Source: an uncultured Haloferula sp. | Lineage (GTDB): Bacteria; Verrucomicrobiota; Verrucomicrobiia; Verrucomicrobiales; Akkermansiaceae | Assembly: GCA_965652295.1 (NCBI GenBank) | Contig: CBFGTS010000012.1 | Location: 1 to 64,000, forward strand | Length of the DNA: 64,000 bases | Direction of reading: 5' to 3' | Shown here: positions 45,935-56,089 of the stretch, in pieces | Layout of the letters: each line of letters opens with the position of its first letter | How positions within the stretch are numbered: the stretch's first letter is position 1 | The notes under the pieces: model-generated | What the model was told of the DNA's origin: nothing | Seen by the model: only the letters and a program-made list of their open reading frames with translations | The model's database searches: none | Translations under genes and position numbers: made by a program

Positions 45935-47185
45935 CTATCCAGAGGATCGCGCCACTTCCTCCACCGAGCGTCGGATCAAATCCAACGCGCTCTGACTCAC
46001 CGCGCGTTTGAAACCCTTGCGATCGCGCGGGTGGAGCTGGTGATGCACCACCGTCTCGCTTCCTTTGCGAGCGAGCGCAACAAACACGGTGCCCACCGGC
46101 TTCTCTTCGCTGCCGCCGCCGGGTCCGGCGATGCCGGTGACAGAGACAGCCACGTCCGCTCCCGAAACTCGCAAAGCGCCCTCCGCCATCTGACGGGCCA
46201 CCGTCTCGCTCACCGCGCCATGCGCCGCGAGATCGGATTCGGACACTCCCAGCTCGGCGATTTTGGCTGCGTTCGCGTAGGTCACCCAGCCATGCGTCAG
46301 CACCTCGCTGGCTCCGGGCACATCGGTGATGCGGCTGGAGATCAGCCCGCCCGTGCAGCTTTCCGCCGTGGCAAGCTTGAGCCCCAGCGAGGCGAGGCGT
46401 TTCACCACGACTTCTTCCAGGCTTTCCCCTGCTTCTGAAAAGCAATCCGCGCCGAACTCCGCCATCACCCGCGCCCGCCCTGCTGCAATCGCAGCGCTGT
46501 GCCCGATGAGCCGTACGTCCACTTCCCCCAGGCGCGCGCAGTAGCCGACTTCCAGGCCGTCGATTTCCGCCAGGTCCGCATCCACCCCCTGATGCAGGTC
46601 ACTCTCCCCGACCCGCGAGAAGGTCATCTGCAGCATGCTTTCCGTCCTGACCCCGCCCGCCAGCGCCCGCAGCTTCGGGACGACCTCGGCCTCCCACATC
46701 GGGTAAAGTTCCCGGGGCGGCCCGGGCAACAGGATGAGCGCACAATTCGCAGCCCCGTTGAGCCTCGGCGGGATATAGATCCCGGGTGCCGTCCCGTTCG
46801 GATTCGGCAGCACCTCGGCTCCTACCGGAACCTGGGCTTGCTTCCGGTTGTCCGGTGCCATCGGACGCCCGCGCTTCGCGAAAAACGCCTCCAGGGAGCG
46901 CAGAGCGGCCTCGTCCTCGATCAGCTCGATCCCGGCGACCGCCGCCGCCGCCTCTCGCGTGATGTCATCGCTCGTCGGCCCCAGCCCCCCGGTCACGATC
47001 ACCACGTCAGCCCGGCGCACGCACTCCTCCAACGCTCCTCGGATCGCTTCACCGTCCGGCACCGTGACCTGTCGGGAAACCCGCAGCCCCAGCTTGAACA
47101 GCTCCTGGCCCATCCATTGCCCGTGGGTGTTCAGCCGGGTTCCCAGCAGCAGCTCGCTGCCGGTATTGAGAATCTCGATCTTCAC
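45935..47185 (-). CDS. cinA: CinA family competence/damage-inducible protein (NMN deamidase)
   Basis: GSELLLG, TGGLGPTSDDIT, PGPPREL, AESCTGG, TGIAGPGGG..KPVGTV. Confidence 0.93.
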   Translation of the reverse strand: MKIEILNTGSELLLGTRLNTHGQWMGQELFKLGLRVSRQVTVPDGEAIRGALEECVRRADVVIVTGGLGPTSDDITREAAAAVAGIELIEDEAALRSLEAFFAKRGRPMAPDNRKQAQVPVGAEVLPNPNGTAPGIYIPPRLNGAANCALILLPGPPRELYPMWEAEVVPKLRALAGGVRTESMLQMTFSRVGESDLHQGVDADLAEIDGLEVGYCARLGEVDVRLIGHSAAIAAGRARVMAEFGADCFSEAGESLEEVVVKRLASLGLKLATAESCTGGLISSRITDVPGASEVLTHGWVTYANAAKIAELGVSESDLAAHGAVSETVARQMAEGALRVSGADVAVSVTGIAGPGGGSEEKPVGTVFVALARKGSETVVHHQLHPRDRKGFKRAVSQSALDLIRRSVEEVARSSG

Positions 47186-47236
47186 GCCGGGTTTCCTACG
47201 CCAACCCGCGGCCATGTCCACTCCCGGACCAGGGAA

Positions 47237-47593
47237 TCACTCCCACTCGACCGGCTTGGCATCGCCCCACAGGCGCTCAAGACCGTAGTAGTCCCGCATT
47301 TCCTCGTGCATCACGTGGACCATCACATCGATGTAATCCAGCACCACCCAGCGGGTGTCGGCCTTGCCTTCCGCATTCACCGGCATCGCGCCGGTCCAGT
47401 CCTTCACGTGGCCCCTCACATCCCGCAGGATCGCACGCAGGTGGGGCATCGAGGAACCCGAGCACACCACCATGAAGTCCGTGAGCGACGAAAGCCCGCG
47501 CAGGTCCCAGACGCGGATGTTCTCCGCTTGGATTTCTTCGGCCGCCTTGGCGCATGCCACGGCGAGGTCTTTTCCTTTCGCTTCCTTCGTCAT
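47237..47593 (-). CDS. rsfS: Ribosome silencing factor
   Basis: DFMVVCSG, WVVLDYIDVMVHV..RDYYGLERLW. Confidence 0.93.
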   Translation of the reverse strand: MTKEAKGKDLAVACAKAAEEIQAENIRVWDLRGLSSLTDFMVVCSGSSMPHLRAILRDVRGHVKDWTGAMPVNAEGKADTRWVVLDYIDVMVHVMHEEMRDYYGLERLWGDAKPVEWE

Positions 47594-47645
47594 TTTCAAA
47601 ATTTGGAACAGCCTACGATCCGATCGGACCAGAGCCAGTGAAATC

Positions 47646-48341
47646 CTAGTCTTCCTTTTTCTCCCACACCCGGTTCCTCAGAGCCTCGGCCGCCGCGCGT
47701 GCTTCGGCTTCCTTCTTGCTCTTGCCGCGCCCCTGCGCCAGCTCGAGCCCGCACCACGCGACGCGTGCTTGGAACACCTTGCGGTGGTCCGGCCCGCTTT
47801 CGCTGAGAATTTCGTATTCCGGAGCCTCCGGACGCAATGCCTGGAGGCTTTCCTGCAACTCGCCCTTCGGGTTTTTCTCCTCCGGACTCCCGGCCAGCGC
47901 CTCGATCTCCTTCTGGAAAAGCCTCAGCACCAGCTCGCGCGCCGCATCGAAGCCGCCGTCCATGTAAACCGCTCCGATCAGTGCCTCGAAGGCATCCGCG
48001 AGGGTCGAGGTCCGGCGCCTTCCTCCGGTCGCTTCCTCTCCCTTACCCAAAAGCACGTAGGCTCCGAGGTCGATGGTCAGCGCGAATCTCGCCAAAGCCC
48101 GCCGGGAAACCAACCGCGAACGCAGCTTCGTCAGGATCCCTTCCGGAAAGTCCGGGAACATGCGGAAAAGGTCTTCCGTGAGGATCAGCTGGAGGACCGC
48201 GTCGCCGAGAAACTCAAGCCGCTGGTTGTCGAAATGCGGCCGCCTGGACTCATACGCCAGGCTCGGGTGGGTCATCGCCTCCGCCAGCAGGAAGGAATTG
48301 CGGAATTTGTAGCCGAGTCGGCTCTCGAGATTGTGCTCCAT
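47646..48341 (-). CDS. rnc: Ribonuclease III
   Basis: NQRLEFLGDAVL, LADAFEALIGA, dsRBD KGELQE..GPDH..SKKEAE. Confidence 0.96.
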   Translation of the reverse strand: MEHNLESRLGYKFRNSFLLAEAMTHPSLAYESRRPHFDNQRLEFLGDAVLQLILTEDLFRMFPDFPEGILTKLRSRLVSRRALARFALTIDLGAYVLLGKGEEATGGRRRTSTLADAFEALIGAVYMDGGFDAARELVLRLFQKEIEALAGSPEEKNPKGELQESLQALRPEAPEYEILSESGPDHRKVFQARVAWCGLELAQGRGKSKKEAEARAAAEALRNRVWEKKED

Positions 48342-48400
48342 GGTCTAGATCGGCCCATCGCCTCTTCCTCCCGGAACCCAGGGGTTCCCGATGGAAAAGG

Positions 48401-48477
48401 TGGGGTGACCGACGGGACTCGAACCCGCGACAACCGGAATCACAATCCGGGGCTCTACCAACTGAGCTACGGTCACC
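48401..48477 (-). tRNA. tRNA-His(GTG)
   Basis: Minus strand GGTGACCGTAGCTCAGTTGGTAGAGCCCCGGATTGTGATTCCGG...GGTTCGAGTCCC...CCA, including G-1. Confidence 0.97.
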
Positions 48478-48567
48478 GTTACTTTCGGCGGCCGGGAGAC
48501 CTATGTTGCCTTTTCCTCTTTGGAAAGAGAAAAAACCCATGCAGCCTGAAACTTTTTCCCTCTCGCC

Positions 48568-48864
48568 ATGGAAGAACCCCACCGCCATCCCATCACATCC
48601 GAGCTGGACCTCCACACCTTCCGGCCCAACGAACTCGGCGACCTCCTGCCGGAGTATTTCCACGAATGCCTCAGCCACGGTATCCGCTCCGTCCGCGTGA
48701 TCCATGGCAAGGGCACCGGCACCCTGCGCGAAGGCGTCCATGCCCTGCTCCGGCGGTTACCCGAGGTGGAGACGTTCCACTACCCCGCCACCACCGGCGG
48801 CTGGGGTGCCACCCAGGTCATCCTGCGCGAGCCATCAGCCAGCACAGGTCCGACAGGCGATTGA
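48568..48864 (+). CDS. Stand-alone Smr domain protein
   Basis: ELDLHTF, VRVIHGKGTGTLR, GGWGAT. Confidence 0.9.
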   Translation: MEEPHRHPITSELDLHTFRPNELGDLLPEYFHECLSHGIRSVRVIHGKGTGTLREGVHALLRRLPEVETFHYPATTGGWGATQVILREPSASTGPTGD

Positions 48865-49342
48865 AATACCGCAGCACCTCGCCGGGCACCGGCTCGCCCG
48901 CTTCGTGCAACTCCCAGACCCTGCGCTCCGCCCGGCGGGCGATCGCACGGGCGAAATCCAATCCCGCCTTCGCCATCGACCCCTCCGCGCCCGGCCGCGC
49001 CCAGCCTTCGAAGCAAATGTTCCGCTGCTCGAAATCCGCCGCACGCTCCTCCAACCAAGCCAGATCCTCCGGACCCACCTTGTCGAAACCCTGGCGGTCA
49101 TACCTTTCCGCATCCTCCGGCAAACACGCGAGCTGACCCATCAAACCCACCAATTTCGCCTGCACCCGGTCGACGATCTCCTCGACCTCCGCCGAGAGCC
49201 CCGCCGCCCGACCCAGACCCAACGCCGAGTTCAGCTCATCGATCGCCCCCAGCACCTCTGCCCGCAGGCAGGTCTTGCTCATCCGCTTGCCAAAGAGCAG
49301 GTCGGTCTCGCCCTCGTCACCCCGTTTCGTCACGATCTTCAC
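48818..49342 (-). CDS. PduO-type cob(I)alamin adenosyltransferase
   Basis: TKRGDEGET, GAIDELNSALG, RRAERR, YFNRLSD. Confidence 0.88.
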   Translation of the reverse strand: MKIVTKRGDEGETDLLFGKRMSKTCLRAEVLGAIDELNSALGLGRAAGLSAEVEEIVDRVQAKLVGLMGQLACLPEDAERYDRQGFDKVGPEDLAWLEERAADFEQRNICFEGWARPGAEGSMAKAGLDFARAIARRAERRVWELHEAGEPVPGEVLRYFNRLSDLCWLMARAG

Positions 49343-49411
49343 CGCCGCGAGCTAACACCCGCCGATCCGCCTTTCACAATCTCCATTCCGCCATTCACCC
49401 TCCTTCCCCCG

Positions 49412-50149
49412 ATGAAGCTCGCACGACTCCACGACGGTCCTGAGATTTTCCACACTCTCCAAGGCGAGGGCGTCTCCGTCGGCACGCCCGCCATCTTCGT
49501 CCGCACCTCCCGCTGCAATCTTCACTGCCGCTGGTGCGATACCGACTACACCTGGAACTTCACCGGCACGCCATGGCAGCACGACCGCGGGGTGAAACAC
49601 GACAAAGCGGCGAGCACTTTCGAGATCTCCCCCGCCTCGCTGGCCGAAAGGCTCGCCAGCTTTCCCTGCCGCCACGTCGTTCTCACCGGCGGCGAGCCTC
49701 TGCTGCAGCAGGATGAGCTGCTCGAAACCATCCATCTCCTGCGCGAGCTCGATCCATCGTGGACCTTCGAGGTGGAAACCAACGGCACGCGGGTTCCCGC
49801 TCCGGCATTCGATGCCGCCATCGCGCAGTTCAATGTGTCTCCCAAACTCGCCCACTCCGGCATGGACGAAGTCCTTCGGATCGTCCCCGCCGCGCTCCAA
49901 CACTTCGCCCGCCACCCCCGCGCCTGGTTCAAATTCGTCGCCGCCAGCCCCGCCGACCTCGCCACAATCGAGGAACTCGCCGCACGGTTCAACCTCCCGC
50001 CGGACCGCATCGTCCTCATGCCGGAAGGACGCACCGCCGCCGGGCTCGACCGAATCTCCGCCGACCTGGCCGCCGCCGTGCTTGAGCGGGGCTGGCGATT
50101 CAGCGACCGTCTCCACGTACGCCTCTGGGGCGATCGACGCGGCGTCTGA
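49412..50149 (+). CDS. queE: 7-carboxy-7-deazaguanine synthase (radical SAM)
   Basis: EIFHTLQGEG, CNLHCRWCDT, LTGGEP, EVETNG, NVSPK, RLHVRLW. Confidence 0.9.
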   Translation: MKLARLHDGPEIFHTLQGEGVSVGTPAIFVRTSRCNLHCRWCDTDYTWNFTGTPWQHDRGVKHDKAASTFEISPASLAERLASFPCRHVVLTGGEPLLQQDELLETIHLLRELDPSWTFEVETNGTRVPAPAFDAAIAQFNVSPKLAHSGMDEVLRIVPAALQHFARHPRAWFKFVAASPADLATIEELAARFNLPPDRIVLMPEGRTAAGLDRISADLAAAVLERGWRFSDRLHVRLWGDRRGV

Positions 50150-50200
50150 AGAGTCCCGCAACTTCGCGCCCGGCACCGGGTTTTCTCCACCGACGACACC

Positions 50201-50578
50201 ATGAAACGCCAGCACGACCCCCTCGAAAACGATCCCATTTGGGATCTCCTCCGGCAGTCGCCTGCCCGGCAGGCGGGGCCGCGTTTTCTCGACGACACTC
50301 TCCGCGCAGCCCGGCTCGCCCAGCCGGATCCATGGTGGAAAAAAATCGCCCTCCCCCTCACCTTCAGGGTCCTGGCATCAGGGGTTACCGCCGTGGCGCT
50401 CACCTTCGTGCTCCTTCACAATCCGCCGCAGCCCGTCGGCCGGGGGGCAGTCATCGTCACCACCCAGGATTCCCTCGAAGTGCTCGATGAACACCTCCGC
50501 ACCGAGGCCATCGAAATCGCCGCGGACAATCCGGCCGATTTCACCGATGCCGAGCTGGTCAGCCTGATCGCTTTCTGA
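50201..50578 (+). CDS. Hypothetical single-pass membrane protein
   Basis: Coding-like ORF with one TM segment in an operon context. Confidence 0.65.
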   Translation: MKRQHDPLENDPIWDLLRQSPARQAGPRFLDDTLRAARLAQPDPWWKKIALPLTFRVLASGVTAVALTFVLLHNPPQPVGRGAVIVTTQDSLEVLDEHLRTEAIEIAADNPADFTDAELVSLIAF

Positions 50579-50590
50579 TTCCTCGGGGCC

Positions 50591-51217
50591 GTGATTCAGG
50601 CCCTCATTTTCGATCTCGACGGCACCTTGGTCGATTCCCTCCACGGCATCGCCGCGGCCCTCAATGCCGCCCTTGAGGAGGCCGGCCTGCCTCCTCACGA
50701 TCTCGACGCCATCCGCGGATTTGTCGGCAATGGATCGCTCGAACTCGCCCGCCGCTCCCTGCCCGATGGCAGTCGCGTGACCGCCGAGGCTCTCGAACGC
50801 GCCTTCCGCCGCCACTACACGACCACCTGGCGGTCCGGCACCACGTTCTATCCCGGCATTCCCGAAATGCTGGCCGCGCTGAAGGACCTGAAACTCGGGC
50901 TTTTGTCCAACAAGCCCCATCCGTTCACCGCCGAGATCGCCAGACATCTCTTCCCGCCGCGCTGCTTCGACCGCGTTCTCGGTCACAGCGATGATTTCCC
51001 GCGAAAGCCCGGACCCGATTCGACCCTCGCGATTCTCTCCAACTGGGGAATTCCGCCTCAGAACGCCCGCTTCGTCGGAGATTCCTCCATCGATCGCGCC
51101 ACCGCCACCGCAGCCGGCGTTCCCTTCATCGGCGTCACCTGGGGCTATCACCACGGTGCCGATCTCGGCCCTGTCACCGCCTCCCATGCCGGTGAGCTGC
51201 TATCCCTGCTCCGCTGA
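50591..51217 (+). CDS. HAD family hydrolase (phosphoglycolate phosphatase-like)
   Basis: FDLDGTLVDS, LSNK, KP, VGDS..D, VTWGY. Confidence 0.9.
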   Translation: MIQALIFDLDGTLVDSLHGIAAALNAALEEAGLPPHDLDAIRGFVGNGSLELARRSLPDGSRVTAEALERAFRRHYTTTWRSGTTFYPGIPEMLAALKDLKLGLLSNKPHPFTAEIARHLFPPRCFDRVLGHSDDFPRKPGPDSTLAILSNWGIPPQNARFVGDSSIDRATATAAGVPFIGVTWGYHHGADLGPVTASHAGELLSLLR

Positions 51218-51362
51218 TTCGCTGATTCTCAGCGACCCCCGGGAATGCCGCGATTTCTTCAAGATCAGCATGGCATCCTCGGAAAATCTGCTTCAATGTC
51301 GAAGGTGGATAAGGCGGATGAAACCGCCGTCCATTCACCTGAAACCAAAACGAATAAAAGCG

Positions 51363-51950
51363 ATGCAAACAGAAAACGTGAACCTGCCCATTACGGTGAC
51401 CGTCCGCCATGAAACCGTGACCGATTCGCTGCGGGAATACGCCCAGAAAAAGATCGAGGGACTCCACCTCGACTACCCGCGCATCATCGAGGCCAAGGCC
51501 ATCCTCGACGTCCAGAAGAACCGTCACATCGCCGAAATCATCCTCTTCTGCGCGAACCACATCGTCATCGAAGCACACACCGAAGGTTCCGACATGTACG
51601 CCGCCATCGACGAGACGATCGACAAGATCGCCCGCCGCATGCGCAAGCAAAAGACCCGCCTCATGAAAAAGCGGAGGCCGCATCGCAACGAGTCCATCCG
51701 CTACATCGACGAAAGCCATTTCGACGAAACCGCCCTCGATCACCCCGAGGAATCCGAATTCGATCCCGTGCCCTTCATCGTCCACAAGGAACGCTACGGC
51801 ATCCGGGAAATGTACAAGGAAGACGCCGTCATGGAGCTCGAGCTCACCGACCGTCCCTTCATCCTCTACAAGAGCGCCCGCCGCGGCTGTCTGACGGTCC
51901 TCTGGCGCCGCAAAGACGGCGAATACGCCGCGATTGATGTGAATTCGTAA
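51363..51950 (+). CDS. hpf: Ribosome hibernation promoting factor, long form
   Basis: VTDSLREYAQKKI, DMYAAID..KIARRMRKQK, C-terminal VLWRRKDGEY domain. Confidence 0.9.
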   Translation: MQTENVNLPITVTVRHETVTDSLREYAQKKIEGLHLDYPRIIEAKAILDVQKNRHIAEIILFCANHIVIEAHTEGSDMYAAIDETIDKIARRMRKQKTRLMKKRRPHRNESIRYIDESHFDETALDHPEESEFDPVPFIVHKERYGIREMYKEDAVMELELTDRPFILYKSARRGCLTVLWRRKDGEYAAIDVNS

Positions 51951-51979
51951 GAGGCGTCCAGCCCCTTCAGATCCTCTCA

Positions 51980-52013
51980 GGCCGACTCCCTTTCCGGGAG
52001 TCGGTCTTTTTTT
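51980..52013 (+). terminator. Rho-independent terminator
   Basis: GGCCGACTCCC-TTTCC-GGGAGTCGGTC-TTTTTTT. Confidence 0.88.
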
Positions 52014-52032
52014 GCCCACTTCTTTTTCCTAC

Positions 52033-52060
52033 TTGACGGTATACTTATGAGGTATACATT
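52033..52060 (+). promoter_or_regulatory. Sigma70-like promoter overlapped by a palindromic operator candidate
   Basis: TTGACG-16 nt-TACATT; GTATAC-TTATGAG-GTATAC at 52039-52057. Confidence 0.6.
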
Positions 52061-52076
52061 GCCGTTCACATTTCAC

Positions 52077-52658
52077 ATGCACCTTTCCAAGAAAGCCGAG
52101 TACGCCCTTCGCGCCATGATCCACCTCGGAATCGCCTCCGAGCTTGGCTTGGCGAATGTATCCGGCGTCGAGTTGGCTGAGGCGAATCGTCTGCCGCTCA
52201 AGTTCGTAGAACGAATTCTTCAGGAACTTCGCGGTGCCGGTCTGGTGGAGACCAAACGTGGCAAAACTGGCGGATATGCTCTAGCCAAGTCTGCCGACTC
52301 GATCGGCATCGGTGATCTGGTCCGGCTCATGGACGGGCGCCTCGCCCCGATCTGTTGCGCCAGCGAAATCGCCTACCAACGCTGCTCGTGCCCGGACGAG
52401 GATCACTGCGGCCTCCGCATGCTGATGATCGATGTCCGCAATGCCATCGCCAATATCCTCGACCGCTATTCCCTCGCTCAGGTCGTCGAAGTCACCCTGC
52501 GGAAAATGCGACGCGATGGCGTCACGCCTCCTTTCTCCCACCTACCATCCGGTCTGGATTCAATTGAGAGTTCGAAACGTCGCGCCGATCCCGCCGACGG
52601 CTTCCTCGCAGGGCTCTCCCAAATCGCCACCCGCCATGACACCGAGAACGCCGAATGA
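52077..52658 (+). CDS. Rrf2 family transcriptional regulator
   Basis: SKKAEYALRAM, KFVERILQELR, KRGKTGGYAL, LAPICC..CSCPDEDHCGLR. Confidence 0.92.
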   Translation: MHLSKKAEYALRAMIHLGIASELGLANVSGVELAEANRLPLKFVERILQELRGAGLVETKRGKTGGYALAKSADSIGIGDLVRLMDGRLAPICCASEIAYQRCSCPDEDHCGLRMLMIDVRNAIANILDRYSLAQVVEVTLRKMRRDGVTPPFSHLPSGLDSIESSKRRADPADGFLAGLSQIATRHDTENAE

Positions 52659-52830
52659 TTCTCCTCCTCTGGGTGATCCCGAAGCCGAGAGCTGGCTGGA
52701 GATTGTCCGGGAAAAAGTTTCCCGCCTGAAGTTCGGCTCCGTCCAGATCACGGTCCACGACGGACGCGTGACCCAGGTCGAAAGCCTCGAACGCACCCGC
52801 TTCCCTGCCAAAGGAAAGACCGGGTACTGA
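52636..52830 (+). CDS. YezD/DUF2292 family small protein
   Basis: LKFGSVQITVHDGRVTQVESLERTR signature; sulfur-locus context. Confidence 0.85.
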   Translation: MTPRTPNDSPPLGDPEAESWLEIVREKVSRLKFGSVQITVHDGRVTQVESLERTRFPAKGKTGY

Positions 52831-52929
52831 TTCCAACCATCACTTTACCGCCTGCCGCACGAGCGGAGGCCTTCATCCCACTCTGCGAACGCCCACCGGA
52901 CCACCGGAGACGGACGCTTTGCAGAAAAC

Positions 52930-54183
52930 ATGAACATCCAAGACCCCAACGGTCGTACCACGCCAAGCCGCGAGGCATCACCCTCACGCTCCCACCCAAA
53001 AGTCCATCGCCACGTCATCGGCCGGCTCCGGCTGCCGAGACACGCCGCGCTGGCATTGCTGGGAGCATCCACCACCACCCTCCCAGCCTATGATTTCCTC
53101 GGCACACCCACCGCCGGGGAAAGCGAAACGTTTGATGCCTTTTGGAGCGGCTTCACTCTCTACAAAAATGGAGAAAACCCGGTCCTTCAGGAGTTCAAGC
53201 TACGCGGGCGGTATCAGGGGCAATATTACGATGTCGATGCCACCCAGGGATCGGATAGCGACTGGGAAGACCGGCGGTCCCGTGTGGGCTTCGACGCCAA
53301 GCTCTTCGACTCACGCCTCGAAGTCAGGGCAGATTTCCAGAGCAACAACGGTTTCCTCGATGCCTACGATGGCCTCGTCGATGCCTACCTGCGCTGGAAG
53401 GCCACCGACTCCATTTCAATCACAATCGGCCGGACCAAGCCGTTCATTGGCTACTACGACTGGCTCCAGTCGACCAACACCCAGCCGACCTTCGAGCGCT
53501 CGCAGATCTTCAACCAGCTCGCCGTTGATCGCGCCACCGGCCTCACCTTCGAAGGAGTGCGCGGAGCATTCTCCTGGCAGGCCGGAGTGTTCTCGAACTC
53601 CGTGGATCCCGACCACAACAGCTTCTCCGACGCCTTCGGTGAGTTCAACGCCTCGTGGAGCCTTTCGCTGGGCGGCGGCTACGACTTCTCCCGTAGCACG
53701 GGGCTTGGAAAATCCGAACTGCACGTCAACTGGCTGCATACCGACCGGGATGCCGATAGCAACCTGCTCAACCGCTACGAGGATATCATCTCCGCCACGC
53801 TCTGGCTTCAGGACGGACCGCGGAGTCTCGTGGCCGAAGGCTACTACGCCACCGGAGGTTTCGGGGCCGATGGAGACGTGGTCGGCGGGTTTCTCCAAGG
53901 AACCTACGACCTTATCCCCAAGCGGCTGCAACTCGTCGGCCGCTACTCTTTCGCCCACGGCGATGGACCGGCCAGCCTGCGAGGCCAACGCCGCTACGAA
54001 GCCACCGTCTCCACGGCCCGGGGCGACAGCTACCAAGCCCTCTACCTCGGCGCACAGTACTTCATCCACGGCGACAAGCTCAAGCTCCTCGCCGGTGGCG
54101 AATACGCCTCCCTCTCCGGTGGCGCTCCCGGCCGCGACTACGACGGCTTCACCTGGCTGTCCGGGGTCCGCTTCTCCTTCTAA
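52930..54183 (+). CDS. Outer-membrane porin (OprO/OprP-like), probably for sulfate
   Basis: Amphipathic beta strands, DAYLRW, TFERSQ, terminal RFSF; upstream of sbp. Start may lie further downstream. Confidence 0.75.
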   Translation: MNIQDPNGRTTPSREASPSRSHPKVHRHVIGRLRLPRHAALALLGASTTTLPAYDFLGTPTAGESETFDAFWSGFTLYKNGENPVLQEFKLRGRYQGQYYDVDATQGSDSDWEDRRSRVGFDAKLFDSRLEVRADFQSNNGFLDAYDGLVDAYLRWKATDSISITIGRTKPFIGYYDWLQSTNTQPTFERSQIFNQLAVDRATGLTFEGVRGAFSWQAGVFSNSVDPDHNSFSDAFGEFNASWSLSLGGGYDFSRSTGLGKSELHVNWLHTDRDADSNLLNRYEDIISATLWLQDGPRSLVAEGYYATGGFGADGDVVGGFLQGTYDLIPKRLQLVGRYSFAHGDGPASLRGQRRYEATVSTARGDSYQALYLGAQYFIHGDKLKLLAGGEYASLSGGAPGRDYDGFTWLSGVRFSF

Positions 54184-54200
54184 CCATTTCCCTCATCGCC

Positions 54201-55220
54201 ATGAAACGAAACCAGTTTTTCCTCCTGTTATCCGTCCTCCCCATCACCCTCGGCCTGCCCGGTTGCGAGTCGAACGACTCCCATGGTGACAGTGCGGAAC
54301 TCCTCAACGTCTCCTACGATCCGACCCGCGAACTCTATGTCGAGTTCAACGAACTTTTCGCCCGGCATTGGAAGGAAAAAACCGGCCAGACGGTCGAGAT
54401 CGAGCAATCCCACGGCGGAGCCGGCAAGCAGGCCCGCGCGATCATCGACGGCCTTGAGGGCGATGTCGCCACCCTCGCACTCGCTTACGACATTGATGCG
54501 ATTGCGAGTGAAACCGGCATCATTCCGGCCGATTGGCAGACACGGCTGCCCAATAACAGCAGTCCCTATACGTCCACGATCGTCTTCGTGGTTCGGAAAG
54601 GGAACCCGCAGGGCGTCAAAGACTGGGACGACCTGATCCGTCCCGGCATCCAGGTCATCACGCCCAATCCCAAGACGTCCGGCGGAGCACGCTGGAACTA
54701 CCTCGCCGCCTGGGCCTACGCCAAACGGGCTGGAGGCGGCGATGAAGCGGCGGCGAAGGAATATATCCGCACCCTCTTCAAGAATGTCCCGGTGCTCGAT
54801 ACCGGCGCACGTGGCTCCACCACCACCTTCGCCCAGCGCAAGATCGGCGACGTGTTCCTCTCATGGGAAAACGAAGCCTTCCTGATCGAGAAGGAGTTTC
54901 CCGGCGAAACGGAAATCGTCGTCCCCTCCATCAGCATCCTCGCGGAACCGCCGGTCACACTACTCGACAAGAACGCCGCAAGGCACGGCACCACCGAGAT
55001 TGCCACGGCCTATCTGGAGTTCCTCTACACCCCGGAAGCGCAGGATCTCATCGGCAAACACTACTACCGCCCCCGTAGCAAGGAGGCCGCTGCCAAATAT
55101 GCCAGCGTTTTCCCGAACCTGAACCTCGTCACCATCGATGAGGAGTTCGGAGGTTGGCAGAAGGCGCAGACCACCCATTTCGCGGATGGCGGCGTCTTCG
55201 ACCAGATCTACGAACGATGA
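54201..55220 (+). CDS. sbp: Sulfate/thiosulfate ABC substrate-binding protein (lipoprotein-type signal)
   Basis: [53 protein letters not shown]. Confidence 0.93.
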   Translation: MKRNQFFLLLSVLPITLGLPGCESNDSHGDSAELLNVSYDPTRELYVEFNELFARHWKEKTGQTVEIEQSHGGAGKQARAIIDGLEGDVATLALAYDIDAIASETGIIPADWQTRLPNNSSPYTSTIVFVVRKGNPQGVKDWDDLIRPGIQVITPNPKTSGGARWNYLAAWAYAKRAGGGDEAAAKEYIRTLFKNVPVLDTGARGSTTTFAQRKIGDVFLSWENEAFLIEKEFPGETEIVVPSISILAEPPVTLLDKNAARHGTTEIATAYLEFLYTPEAQDLIGKHYYRPRSKEAAAKYASVFPNLNLVTIDEEFGGWQKAQTTHFADGGVFDQIYER

Positions 55221-55269
55221 ACCTCCCGGGCGGGAGCCGATCCAGCTCCCACCCGCACCCCTCCTCGCC

Positions 55270-56085
55270 ATGACTCGACGTGTCATACCCGGCTACGGGC
55301 TCTCGCTCGGCATCACGCTGGCTTTCCTTTCCACCGTCATCCTGGTTCCGCTTGCCGCCCTCTTCATCAAGGCGGCCGGGCTGGGCCCCTCGCAGTGGTG
55401 GGACATCCTGCACCCCCCCCGCGTGCTCGCCGCGTTCCGCCTTACCTTCGGGGTCAGCGCCGCAGCCGCCGGCGTCGCGGCGGTCTTCGGGCTGCTCGTG
55501 GCATGGATACTCGTCCGCTACCGCTTTCCCGGGCGTCGGCTGCTCGATGGCATGGTCGATCTCCCCTTCGCCCTGCCCACCGCGGTGGCAGGCATCACCC
55601 TGGCGCAGCTCTATGGCCCGAATGGATGGATCGGTGAAGCACTCGCCGCCATTGGCATCCAGGGGGCATACAGCCCGTTCGGCGTGTTCATCGCCCTGAC
55701 CTTCATCAGTTTCCCCTTCGTCGTTCGTACGGTGCAGCCCGTACTCGAGGACCTCTCGCCGGAGCGGGAGGAAGTCTCCGCCACCCTGGGTGCCAGCCGC
55801 TTCACCACCTTCCGACGCGTCGTGCTGCCCGCGCTCGTGCCCGCACTCATCACCGGTTTCACCCTCGCCTTCGCCCGGGCCATCGGGGAATACGGCTCGG
55901 TCGTCTTCATTTCCGGGAACCTTCCCTTCAAGACCGAGATTCTTCCCCTGCTCATCATTGGTCAACTCGAGCAGTTCCACTACGCCGCCGCGTCGGTGAT
56001 CGCCGCCGCGATGCTGGTGGTCTCCTTCGCGCTTCTCTTCGTCATCAACCTCCTGCAACGCCGCCTCGCAGCCCGCACCCACTGA
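55270..56085 (+). CDS. cysT: Sulfate ABC permease CysT
   Basis: VDLPFALPTAVAG, PFVVRTVQPVL, GEYGSVVFI. Confidence 0.92.
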   Translation: MTRRVIPGYGLSLGITLAFLSTVILVPLAALFIKAAGLGPSQWWDILHPPRVLAAFRLTFGVSAAAAGVAAVFGLLVAWILVRYRFPGRRLLDGMVDLPFALPTAVAGITLAQLYGPNGWIGEALAAIGIQGAYSPFGVFIALTFISFPFVVRTVQPVLEDLSPEREEVSATLGASRFTTFRRVVLPALVPALITGFTLAFARAIGEYGSVVFISGNLPFKTEILPLLIIGQLEQFHYAAASVIAAAMLVVSFALLFVINLLQRRLAARTH

Positions 56086-56089
56086 GACC

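Noticed and set aside
48818..48864. 47-nt convergent overlap of the Smr and PduO-type genes
   Set aside because: Short 3' overlaps are common in compact high-GC genomes.
49412..50149. queE as part of a 7-deazaguanine DNA-modification (dpd) system
   Set aside because: No dpdA/tgt-like or other dpd genes are nearby; the context is housekeeping.
50201..50578. Possible displaced anti-sigma factor for the ECF sigma at 9388
   Set aside because: Only the topology is suggestive; there is no ZAS motif and it is 40 kb away.
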